From contig CAZBGU010000001.1 of the NCBI GenBank assembly GCA_964491805.1, forward strand, positions 91,023 through 155,022: 64,000 nucleotides of DNA, in the 5' to 3' direction. The stretch comes from an uncultured Candidatus Saccharibacteria bacterium. GTDB lineage: Bacteria; Patescibacteriota; Minisyncoccia; Phycocordibacterales; UBA5272. Below are positions 20,793 through 30,100 of this stretch, piece after piece (positions within the stretch are counted from its first letter, which is position 1; each line of letters begins with the position of its first letter). The notes below the pieces were generated by a model, which ran no database searches, was not told where the DNA came from, and was given only the letters and a program-made list of their open reading frames with translations. A program made the position numbers and the translations under genes.

Positions 20793-21929
20793 ATGCAACA
20801 TGACTATAACATTGAGGCACTAGAGCTTCATAAAGTCCATCATGGGAAAATTGGCACTGAAACAAAAGTGCCACTTGTTAATAAAGAAGATTTAGCACGA
20901 GCGTACACCCCAGGTGTTGCGGAAGTGTGTCGTGAAATAGCTCGTGACAGTGAGCTTGCTCGTGAGTATACTCTTAAGCGAAATACCGTTGCGATAATTT
21001 CTGACGGGTCAGCGATACTTGGCCTAGGTAACTTAGGCGCGCTTGCTGCTATTCCTGTTATGGAAGGGAAGGCCGCAATATTGAAATCATTTGCAGGAGT
21101 TGATGCATTTCCTATTTGTCTTGATACACAAGATACAGAAGAAATAATTAAAGCAGTGAAGCAGATTGCTCCAGTTTTTGGTGCCATTAACTTGGAGGAT
21201 ATTGCTGCACCAAGGTGCTTTGAAATTGAAGAGCGATTACGTAAAGAGCTTCCTATTCCGGTAATGCACGATGATCAGTGGGGGACAGCGACTGTGGTAC
21301 TTGCTGGTGTTATCAATTCACTTACTCTCCTTACTCTTAAAAAAGAGGACACCAAAGTCGTGGTAAACGGTGTTGGGTCTGCTGGTGTTGCTGTGTCTCG
21401 TCTCCTGCTTGCATATGGTATTAAGGATATTCTTTTCTGTGATAGTAAAGGGATCATTCATGATAAGCGTGACGATCTTACAAAAGAAAAGAAAGAACTT
21501 ATTGCTCTAAGTGTTGCGGAGTCATATGAAGGTACACTTGCTGACGCGATGAAGGGGAGACATATATTTATTGGATTATCTAAACCTGGTACTGTTACTC
21601 AAGATATGGTGAGAAGCATGGCAGAACGTCCAGTGGTACTTTCGCTTGCAAATCCTGTACCAGAAATTATGCCAGAAGAAGCTCGTGCTGCCGGAGCGTA
21701 CATTATTGCAACAGGAAGAAGCGATTACCCTAATCAACTCAATAACTCACTTATCTTCCCCGGACTCTTTAAAGGTGTCCTTACTAAGAATGTGAGGCAG
21801 TTTAAAATAGAGATGTTTATGCAAGCAGCTACAGCACTTGCATCTCATGTAGAAGATGTATCTCCGGATACTATTTTACCAACAATGTTTGACAAGGATC
21901 TTGTTGATGTGATTGCGAGGACGGTGTAA
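20793..21929 (+). CDS. NAD(P)-dependent malic enzyme
   Basis: LARAYTPGVAEVC motif, then a glycine-rich VVNGVGSAGVAV dinucleotide-binding segment. Start set at the internal MQHDYNIE. Confidence 0.85.
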   Translation: MQHDYNIEALELHKVHHGKIGTETKVPLVNKEDLARAYTPGVAEVCREIARDSELAREYTLKRNTVAIISDGSAILGLGNLGALAAIPVMEGKAAILKSFAGVDAFPICLDTQDTEEIIKAVKQIAPVFGAINLEDIAAPRCFEIEERLRKELPIPVMHDDQWGTATVVLAGVINSLTLLTLKKEDTKVVVNGVGSAGVAVSRLLLAYGIKDILFCDSKGIIHDKRDDLTKEKKELIALSVAESYEGTLADAMKGRHIFIGLSKPGTVTQDMVRSMAERPVVLSLANPVPEIMPEEARAAGAYIIATGRSDYPNQLNNSLIFPGLFKGVLTKNVRQFKIEMFMQAATALASHVEDVSPDTILPTMFDKDLVDVIARTV

Positions 21930-21956
21930 GTGTGTGTTTGTGTAAGAGAGGAAGCA

Positions 21957-21978
21957 GACCCCGCCAGATGGCGGGGTC
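21957..21978. terminator. bidirectional hairpin terminator between convergent genes
   Basis: GACCCCGCC agat GGCGGGGTC, a 9-bp GC stem between the malic enzyme gene (+) and the HD gene (-). Confidence 0.55.
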
Positions 21979-22703
21979 TATTGCAGATGCGGGGCAAGAG
22001 CCACATCAAGCCTGTGCTTAAGCAGTAGGTGAAGATTGAGCATTGAATGCTTCTTGATAGTCCTCTTTTCCCAGAGCTTTTCCAGGGTGTTTTTCAGTTT
22101 CCTTTCGATGACAGGGAACCAGAGGAGTGTTTCAGACACTTTTCTCTCAACATCTTCTTTCTTAAGCGCTGAAAATGTTCTCGCGTTATGGATACGGTCC
22201 GCATACTTGATCGCGAGCACTCTCCAGAGGATGGTTAGGTCCGGTTCAGAGAGCAACCGTCTCCACTGCATCTCCTTAGCCTCTCCTTCCTTCTTGGAGA
22301 GAAGCTCTACAATTCGCGACACCATTGCACCGTACTTTTTTTGTATAAGTTTTTGTACGGCAGTCTTGTTCTCTGTATGCTTGGTGTCTTCGATTGTGTC
22401 GTGCAGTATTGCTGCACAAAGGGACTTGAAGTCGCGTACTTTAACCTCAATGAGGATGCACGCTACTTCAAGGAGATGAATGATGTACGGGGTTACTCCG
22501 TCCTTTCTGTACTGACCTTTGTGGATCGTGGATGAGTCGATGATTGATTCAGCGAGCTTTCGTTGCTGATTGATCACGAGACAGCTCCTTGCGGTTCTTA
22601 TTATTTTTTGTAGCAACTTTCTCGCAAGTTTCCTATCTTCTTCGACTCGAAATGGAGTGTCGGCAGCAATCGCAGCCAACAGATTGGCTACGGTTGCTTC
22701 CAT
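21978..22703 (-). CDS. RelA/SpoT-family HD hydrolase-only protein (small alarmone hydrolase-like)
   Basis: 241 aa. ILHDTIEDT and IKYADRIHNARTF match (p)ppGpp hydrolase HD-domain motifs. No synthetase domain. Confidence 0.6.
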   Translation of the reverse strand: MEATVANLLAAIAADTPFRVEEDRKLARKLLQKIIRTARSCLVINQQRKLAESIIDSSTIHKGQYRKDGVTPYIIHLLEVACILIEVKVRDFKSLCAAILHDTIEDTKHTENKTAVQKLIQKKYGAMVSRIVELLSKKEGEAKEMQWRRLLSEPDLTILWRVLAIKYADRIHNARTFSALKKEDVERKVSETLLWFPVIERKLKNTLEKLWEKRTIKKHSMLNLHLLLKHRLDVALAPHLQ

Positions 22704-22858
22704 GACATGCCTCTTTGGTTGGTGAAGGTGCTATTTATCGTGAACACTACCGTAAAAAGTCTATTCTGTCTATAAACTGTTATATTTAGAGGAATAGTTA
22801 CAGCACAACAAAAAACACCTAATTTCACCGTGTTAGACGTGTATGGTAGTATGTCACT

Positions 22859-24079
22859 ATGTCATTTTCATTTGATATTATCGCAAAGTCTAAGGAAGCC
22901 CCGCTCGCACGAGCAGGTATTATTCATACACCGCACGGCGATGTAGAGACCCCAGCATTTATCACTGTTGGAACTAAAGCAACAGTTAAATCTCTTACTG
23001 TTGAGCAAATAAAAGAGTATGTCGGAACACAATGCGTACTCGCTAACACATATCATCTCTATCTTGAGCCTGGTGATGAGTTGGTTGCACGCCACGGAGG
23101 ATTTGCAGAGATGATGCAGTGGAAGGGGCCAACATTTACAGATTCGGGTGGGTTTCAAGTATTTTCATTAGGTCAAGCACTTGGCCATGGTGTGAGCAAG
23201 ATTGCAACGAGTGAAGAGATTAGTAAGCGTGAGACAGTTGAGATAAAGAACGAGAAGGTTCATGAGAAGATGGCGAAGATTGATGATGATGGTGTAACGT
23301 TCAAGTCAGTGATCGATGGTAGTGAGCACAGATTCACACCAGAGCGAAGTATGCAGATACAGCACAATCTTGGTGCCGATATGTTTTTTGCGTTCGACGA
23401 GTGTACGTCGCCACTTGCGCCAGTGGAATATCAGAAGAAAGCAATTGCTCGCACTCATGCATGGGCAGCACGTTCACTTGCTGAACATAAACGTTTAGGT
23501 AAAAGTGAAGCAACAGGGGAAATGCAAGCACTCTTTGGTGTTGTACAAGGAGGTGCATATGAAGAGCTTCGTAAGGAGTCTGCATCTGTGCTCGGTGCTA
23601 TGGACTTTGATGGATATGGTATAGGTGGAAGTTTCACAAAAGAGGATATGGCAACAGCTGTAAGATGGGTAAATGAAATTCTTCCAGAAGGAAAACCTCG
23701 ACACCTGCTTGGTATTGGTGAACCTATTGACATCTTGCTTGGGATAGAAAATGGTGTTGATACATTCGATTGTGTTGCACCTACTCGCATCGCACGTAAC
23801 GGCGCACTCTATACACGTGATGGTCGTATTAATATTACTAACGCAAAGTACAAAAATGATATGTCGCCGATCTCAGACGATGTGAGTTGGTACACACACA
23901 GATATACAAAGGCATACCTTTCACATCTCTTTCGATCAGATGAGATGCTAGCAGCGACACTCGCATCGATTCATAATCTTAAGTTCCTGACAACGCTGTG
24001 CGAAGAATCAAGAAGACATCTAATTGCTGGAACATTCTTAGAATTTAAGGAGGCATTTGTTAAACGTTACTACAAGTAA
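22859..24079 (+). CDS. tgt: queuine tRNA-ribosyltransferase (tRNA-guanine transglycosylase)
   Basis: 406 aa. FTDSGGFQVFSL motif; C-terminal zinc-subdomain region. Confidence 0.9.
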   Translation: MSFSFDIIAKSKEAPLARAGIIHTPHGDVETPAFITVGTKATVKSLTVEQIKEYVGTQCVLANTYHLYLEPGDELVARHGGFAEMMQWKGPTFTDSGGFQVFSLGQALGHGVSKIATSEEISKRETVEIKNEKVHEKMAKIDDDGVTFKSVIDGSEHRFTPERSMQIQHNLGADMFFAFDECTSPLAPVEYQKKAIARTHAWAARSLAEHKRLGKSEATGEMQALFGVVQGGAYEELRKESASVLGAMDFDGYGIGGSFTKEDMATAVRWVNEILPEGKPRHLLGIGEPIDILLGIENGVDTFDCVAPTRIARNGALYTRDGRINITNAKYKNDMSPISDDVSWYTHRYTKAYLSHLFRSDEMLAATLASIHNLKFLTTLCEESRRHLIAGTFLEFKEAFVKRYYK

Positions 24080-24214
24080 AAGTAGTAAGGGGGTACATTG
24101 GCAAGTAGTATTGTCTTTTATGTAGTAATGAGATGGGAACAAAAAGAAAGAGCGAGTAGATCGTTTCAGCGTGATGCCTTGGATCTGCTCGCTACATTCG
24201 TGGGGCGTCAACAT

Positions 24215-24616
24215 TCACTCGTCGTTGTCATCATCGCATGTAGCGATGACAGGCGACGGAGTTCTTTCAGGGCGTTCGCTGGGAACGGTGATTCTTGAAG
24301 ATTTTGTCACGGCTTGCTCATGGGTATGTTGTGGTTTGCGTGCAAAGAAAGCCACGACTAGAAGTACGACGATAACCGCAAGTCCTTTCAGCCAAGAAGG
24401 CGATCTTCTTCGTTTCAAGAAAAGGGATCTTGGTTTACTTCGCGTGCGCTTCCATGCCCATACACCGCCAACAACCATGAGAGTCGTTGATATGGTTCCT
24501 TTGATCACAAAGAACCAGAATGTTGCCACTGGGCCAGTCATGATACCTTTGTAGTACAACGTAAAGAACGTTGCCACAAGGAGGATGGTAACAACCATAG
24601 CTACTCGCTTCTTCAC
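24215..24616 (-). CDS. hypothetical small membrane protein
   Basis: 133 aa with three TM segments. In a locally GC-richer stretch where + strand ORFs also exist. Confidence 0.3.
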   Translation of the reverse strand: MKKRVAMVVTILLVATFFTLYYKGIMTGPVATFWFFVIKGTISTTLMVVGGVWAWKRTRSKPRSLFLKRRRSPSWLKGLAVIVVLLVVAFFARKPQHTHEQAVTKSSRITVPSERPERTPSPVIATCDDDNDE

Positions 24617-24628
24617 AGACTTCTCCTT

Positions 24629-25174
24629 GTGGTTTGTGGTAGGTTGAGTCCCATCGTATCTTTTTTATTGATAGCGGTCAAATTAGCAGCTCTAATGTGT
24701 TGTGGGTGGCTCTACCATTTTGGATGTTTTTGTGTGGTAAACTCTGTAGTAATGAACCTTCGCGGACTACTACAAAAAATGAGCATAGATCGTCTTGCAT
24801 CATATGTTGTACCAATTAATCGGTACACAATATACGTACTTACTATTTTTATTTGGGCCCCACATGGTGCTAAGGAGTGCGTTACTGTTTGTAATGGTCC
24901 CAATTTTGTTGCACCGATGATTTTTACTTTTTTGGCACCAAACTGGACGATGGACATGTCGTTACATGGATGGGTAATGCAACTACTGTTTTCTCCTCCA
25001 ATTTTTTTGCTTGTTTATGCAATCTTTCGTTTTGCAAAAAAGAAGTGGGGAATATTCCTCGAAGTGTACATTGTGAGATGGACAATCGTGTGGTATGGGG
25101 TGCTTGCATATTATAATTTTGTATTTTGGTATGGACCTCTTCGTCAATTTGTCTTTCCACTATTTGTTTTTTAA
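24629..25174 (+). CDS. hypothetical membrane protein, first gene of the ferric-reductase/b5 operon
   Basis: Hydrophobic, aromatic-rich. Ends 20 nt before the ferric-reductase start. True start may be internal. Confidence 0.4.
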   Translation: MVCGRLSPIVSFLLIAVKLAALMCCGWLYHFGCFCVVNSVVMNLRGLLQKMSIDRLASYVVPINRYTIYVLTIFIWAPHGAKECVTVCNGPNFVAPMIFTFLAPNWTMDMSLHGWVMQLLFSPPIFLLVYAIFRFAKKKWGIFLEVYIVRWTIVWYGVLAYYNFVFWYGPLRQFVFPLFVF

Positions 25175-25194
25175 GACACTATACATATACACTT

Positions 25195-26523
25195 ATGACT
25201 ATTCCACACAAAATTTCTAGAATGTTGTGGGTTCCTGCCCTCTCGGTGGTTATAGGGGTGCCGGTGCTTTCATGGCTACTTCATGCTTCCTTCGCGAGTA
25301 GCTTATCTTCATCATATTTTTTTCTTACACAAGTTGGGCAAATAACGGGAATCATCGGAGCTCAACTTTTTGCTTTCACACTAGTGCTAAGTGCTCGTAT
25401 TAAAGTAGTAGAGTATATCTTCGGTGGTCTCGATAAACTCTATGTAATACATCACCGTACAGGTGTTATATCGTTTGTCTTGCTTGCTATTCATCCGATT
25501 ATTCTCGCATTTCGCTATCTCGACGATGGGTTGGAAGGCGTCATGAATTTTCTTGTTCCTGTTAACAACACTCTTCCTAGAGATTTTGGTATTTATGCAG
25601 TTATTATCATGCTGCTGCTTTTATTTGTAACATTTTATGGATCGATCTTTTCGTACCGGTCACTTAAGAATGCACATCGCTTTATGGGGGCTGCATTTTT
25701 TTTGGGAACACTTCATATTTTTTTGATACCAAGTTCAATGAGTGATGATATTGCTCTCAAGATTTCATGCCTTGGCATGGCGGTAGTTGGGTGCCTTGCT
25801 TTTGTCTATAGAACATTGCTGGGGGCATACGTGGTAACACGGTACGACTATAATGTTAGCTCCGTGAATGATATAGGGCAGGGGGTCGTCGAAGTAACAC
25901 TCAGCCCTCATAAAGAAATAATGGAACATCTTCCTGGTCAATTCGCAATGCTTTCTCTTACCCATTCAAAAGTAGTCCCTGACGAAGAACATCCTTTTAC
26001 AATTAGTTCCAAGAGAGATAATGGAGAGATACGTTTTTCGATAAAAGCACTTGGTGATTATACGAGCCTTCTCTCTGGCGTTACTGTTGGTACAAAGGCA
26101 ACCGTAGAAGGGCCATATGGTGAGTTCTACTATGGATATGGGTCAAAGACACAAGTCTGGGTTGCGGGTGGAATTGGGGTTACACCGTTTGTGAGTATGG
26201 CTGAGGCACTCCTTAAAGAGGAGAGTATTGCGTATACTATTGATTTCTACTATTCTGTTCGTTCGGATAAGGATGGAGCATATAAGGATTTGTTTGCAAG
26301 GTTAGCAAAAAAGCATCCAAGCTTCACATTTCACTTTATGCCAAGTGATACGTCTGGGTATATAACGGGGGAAGTTCTCCTGAAAGAGATTGGTGATATT
26401 AAGAAGCGGGATATCTTTGTTTGCGGCCCACCACCAATGATGGCCGCACTGACTGAATCACTCGTGTCTCTTGGTGTGTCGAAGCGATATATTCATTCTG
26501 AGTGTTTCTCATTATTAAAATAA
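25195..26523 (+). CDS. ferric reductase / NADPH-oxidase-like transmembrane flavocytochrome (FRD-FAD-NAD domains)
   Basis: TM His pairs HRTG...x13...HPI and HRF...x13...H (bis-haem ligands); FAD motif HPFTISS; NAD motifs GGIGVTPF and CGPPPM. Start set to the ATG at 25195. Confidence 0.8.
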   Translation: MTIPHKISRMLWVPALSVVIGVPVLSWLLHASFASSLSSSYFFLTQVGQITGIIGAQLFAFTLVLSARIKVVEYIFGGLDKLYVIHHRTGVISFVLLAIHPIILAFRYLDDGLEGVMNFLVPVNNTLPRDFGIYAVIIMLLLLFVTFYGSIFSYRSLKNAHRFMGAAFFLGTLHIFLIPSSMSDDIALKISCLGMAVVGCLAFVYRTLLGAYVVTRYDYNVSSVNDIGQGVVEVTLSPHKEIMEHLPGQFAMLSLTHSKVVPDEEHPFTISSKRDNGEIRFSIKALGDYTSLLSGVTVGTKATVEGPYGEFYYGYGSKTQVWVAGGIGVTPFVSMAEALLKEESIAYTIDFYYSVRSDKDGAYKDLFARLAKKHPSFTFHFMPSDTSGYITGEVLLKEIGDIKKRDIFVCGPPPMMAALTESLVSLGVSKRYIHSECFSLLK

Positions 26524-26527
26524 GATC

Positions 26528-27088
26528 ATGACAATGAAAAACTTTTTTACATTATTCTCATTTTTGTTTCTAGGTGTTGTTGTTGCAATCTTGGTTGCTG
26601 GTTATATAAGTAAAGACAACCGATTGGCGCGTGAAGCTTACAGCAAAAAAACACAAGAACAGTTGATTCAGATAGCATCTTCAGTTGAGAGCTCTCAAAA
26701 ACAAATAGATTCTCTTGAAGAAAAGTTTAATGAGAGTCAGTCTGTACAGACCAGTACTACGGCAGGGTCGAAAAAGACAATAACCACAAAGTCTCAAACA
26801 CCAAGTAAAGCAAAGCCCACAACACCTGGAACGAAATTAACGAGCGAACTTGTTGCTAAGCATTCAACTGCATCTGACTGTTGGATTATTGTTTCCCAGA
26901 AAGTGTACTCTGTTTCTTCATACATATCTGAGCATCCAGGAGGAAAGTCTGTAATTGTAAAAATGTGTGGAAAGGATGCGACTACTGTTTTTACCAGTAG
27001 AGGTGACACGGGTGAACATTCTTCTACTGCGTGGCAGTTGCTAGGTCAGTTCTTGGTTGGTTCACTTGGTTCTACTGTTACATTGTAG
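26528..27088 (+). CDS. membrane-anchored cytochrome b5-domain protein
   Basis: 186 aa. N-terminal TM. C-terminal b5 domain with SDCWIIV...EHPGG...GKDAT...GEHS, carrying both axial His positions. Start 4 nt after the ferric-reductase stop. Confidence 0.8.
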   Translation: MTMKNFFTLFSFLFLGVVVAILVAGYISKDNRLAREAYSKKTQEQLIQIASSVESSQKQIDSLEEKFNESQSVQTSTTAGSKKTITTKSQTPSKAKPTTPGTKLTSELVAKHSTASDCWIIVSQKVYSVSSYISEHPGGKSVIVKMCGKDATTVFTSRGDTGEHSSTAWQLLGQFLVGSLGSTVTL

Positions 27089-27112
27089 AAAATATATTTA
27101 CTCGCATCGTAT

Positions 27113-30100
27113 ATGCCTTTACCGTATTTAGGAACAATCTTTCTCACATGGACAATTTTTGTTGGTGGGCTTACGTCTGTACTTGTTCATGTAGAGAATA
27201 GCAGGCTTTCTGAATCTGTATCGATAGTACCTCAGGTGTCTTCTCAAGAAAGGGAAGAAGCGAACGGAGGGGTTGATATTTCTTTCATTGCCAAAAAAGC
27301 TGAGAATCTTAAGCGTAGTATTGCAACATCACATATTGCGGAACGCTTTGCTTCGTCAGTTGATGGCACGTTAGGAGCACAAGAGGGGAGTGACTCAGCA
27401 TCTTCATCGGCAAGTATTGTAGAAGTAGATGATGCTGAAAATTCAGTTGTCGGTAACCTTCTTGGTCTTTTTAGTAAGAAGTCAGATTATTCTCTTAAGG
27501 TAGATATTATTGGAGATGGACATGTGATCTATTCGTCTGGTTCTATTTGTGGAGGTGTGTGTAGTGTTGCGTACCATGCAGACTCAGTGGCAACACTTAT
27601 CGCAACCCCAGGTCCAGATAGTACGTTTGCTGGTTGGGGTGGTGCTTGCAAAGGTAAGGATGTTTGTACAGTAAAGATGAATGACAAACGTATAGTTAGT
27701 GCTACTTTTACTAAGCTTCCTTCTTCAGAATTGAAAAACACGCTTCCGAAGCAACCTGTTGTTACGGAAGCTGAAGTTACAAGGCATGCAACACAGTCTG
27801 ACTGTTGGATTATTGTTTCTCAGAAAGTGTACGCAGTATCGAGCTACCTTTCTCTGCACCCAGGAGGAAAATCAGTCATTGTAAAAATGTGTGGCAAGGA
27901 TGCGACCGCCGTCTTTACAGATAGAGGCGGGACTGGCGCCCACTCTCGTTCTGCTTGGTCGCTTCTTGGAACATTTATAGTTGGTGTGCTACCTTCATTT
28001 GATCAGACAAAGGTAAGTGCGGTCAAAGAATATACACCTGAAGATGTTGCAAGACATGCGTCACCGGCAGATTGTTGGATTTCTATTTTGGACAGTGTGT
28101 ATTCTGTTTCGAGTTATATAGCTTTGCATCCCGGGGGTAGACTTAATATTGAAAGAGTCTGCGGTAAAGATGCCACTGAAGTTTTTAACAATCGTGATTC
28201 TACAGGCACTCATTCAGCATACGCATGGTCACTTCTTAAAGCTTATCTTGTGGGAGCTCTTACAATTTCTGTTCCAACAGCAAGCATCTCTAATTCTGCA
28301 TCAACTACAAAAGTAACAACTGTGTCTCCGGTTGGTAATTCGTCCGAATTTACACTTTCACAGATTGCAGCACATTCTACAAAGACAGATTGTTGGATAA
28401 TCGTTTCTGATAATATCTATTCAGTTGGAAGTTATATTGCAATGCACCCAGGAGGAACCTCTGTAATTACAAACCTCTGCGGTAAGGATGCTACAAATGG
28501 GTTCACTACTCGAGGTGGAACTGGCGCACACTCTGGTTCAGCATGGACAATGCTTGGAAGTTATTTTGTTGGCGTTGTTGCGGGAACTGTTCCTGCACAG
28601 GTACAAGTTCCAAACACCCCTACATCGCCATCTGTCACACCAACTCCACCACCCAACGTTTCTTCAATAACGTATTCTCTTCTACAGGTTGCCGCACACG
28701 CTACACAGGCAGATTGTTGGATAATTGTCTCTAACAATATTTATTCAGTCTCTAGTTACATAACGATGCACCCAGGAGGTATGAATATCATCACTGGCCT
28801 ATGTGGGAAAGATGCTACAAACGATTTCACAACCCGGGCGGGAACAGGTTCGCATTCTACGTATGCATGGGGATTGCTTGGCGGATATCTTATTGGAAGT
28901 GTTGGTGCTGCTTCGACGGTTATTCCTCCAACTCCTACACCGGCACCATCACCAACCCCCGCACCAACTCCTACACCGACAGCAACATTCACGCTTGCAC
29001 AGATTGCTACACATGCAACACAATCTGATTGTTGGATTGTGGTATCTAATAATATTTATTCAATCGGAAGCTACCTTGCAATGCATCCAGGTGGAATAGC
29101 TGTGATTACCCCTTCATGTGGTAAGGAGGCAACCACTGCATTTACTACCAAGAATAAAGGCAGCTCACATTCAACGTATGCGTGGGGTCTCCTTGGTGGA
29201 TATATTGTTGGGTCTGTCACTGGAACAACTCCAGCGCCAGTTCCTGCTCCTGTTCCAACACCGACACCAACCCCTACGCCAACACCAAGTGGTGGCCCAT
29301 ATACTGCAGCACAGATTGGCACACATGCTACACAATCTGATTGTTGGATAGTTATCGGAACGAATGTGTATTCTGTTGGTTCATATACATTATCACATCC
29401 GGGCGGAGTCTCTGCTATTACAAATCTTTGCGGAAAAGATGCAACTACTGCTTTTGCAACTAAAAATGGTCTCGGGGCACATTCATCATATGCACAATCT
29501 CTACTTGGTGGTTATCTTGTAGGCGCACTTTCTGGTCCGCCACCATCTTCAACACCAACACCTACACCAACATCAAGTACATACACTGCTACTCAGATTT
29601 CTTCGCACTCGTCTGTGTCAGATTGTTGGATAGTAATTGGAACGAATGTGTATTCAGTGGGAGCATATCTTACTCTTCATCCAGGAGGTGGGTATGCAAT
29701 TAGTAAATATTGTGGAAAGAATGCTACAACTGCTTTTGGTAATCGTGGAGGAACCGGAACGCACTCAGCTGCTGCAAACTTGGCACTTGGTGGATTCCTT
29801 ATTGGAACTCTCTCTGGAACTGCTCCAGCATCTACACCGGTTAATCCTGCCCCATCGTTTGTGTACAACCAAACAGATGTTGCTGCACACTCATCACCAT
29901 CAGACTGCTGGATCATCGTTAGTGGTTCTGTGTACTCAGTTGCACCGTATGTTTCTCTCCATCCGGGAGGAAGAACGAGAATCACGAACCTGTGCGGTAA
30001 GGATGCTACAACATCGTTTAATAACGTTGGCCATTCAACAAAAGCAAAAGGCATTTTAGGTGGTCTGCTTATTGGGACGTATTCAGCTACAGTTTCCATT

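Noticed and set aside
24098-24554. Plus-strand ORFs of 66 and 127 aa overlapping the minus-strand 133-aa membrane ORF
   Set aside because: They overlap each other in different frames in a GC-richer stretch. The minus-strand ORF has the more protein-like hydrophobic periodicity. All three remain low confidence.
28600-29600. Short direct DNA repeats (ACACC(A/G)AC...CC(T/A)AC) resembling a CRISPR array
   Set aside because: They encode the PTPTPAP linkers between b5 domains, sit in frame inside a long CDS, and have no repeat-spacer periodicity or cas genes.
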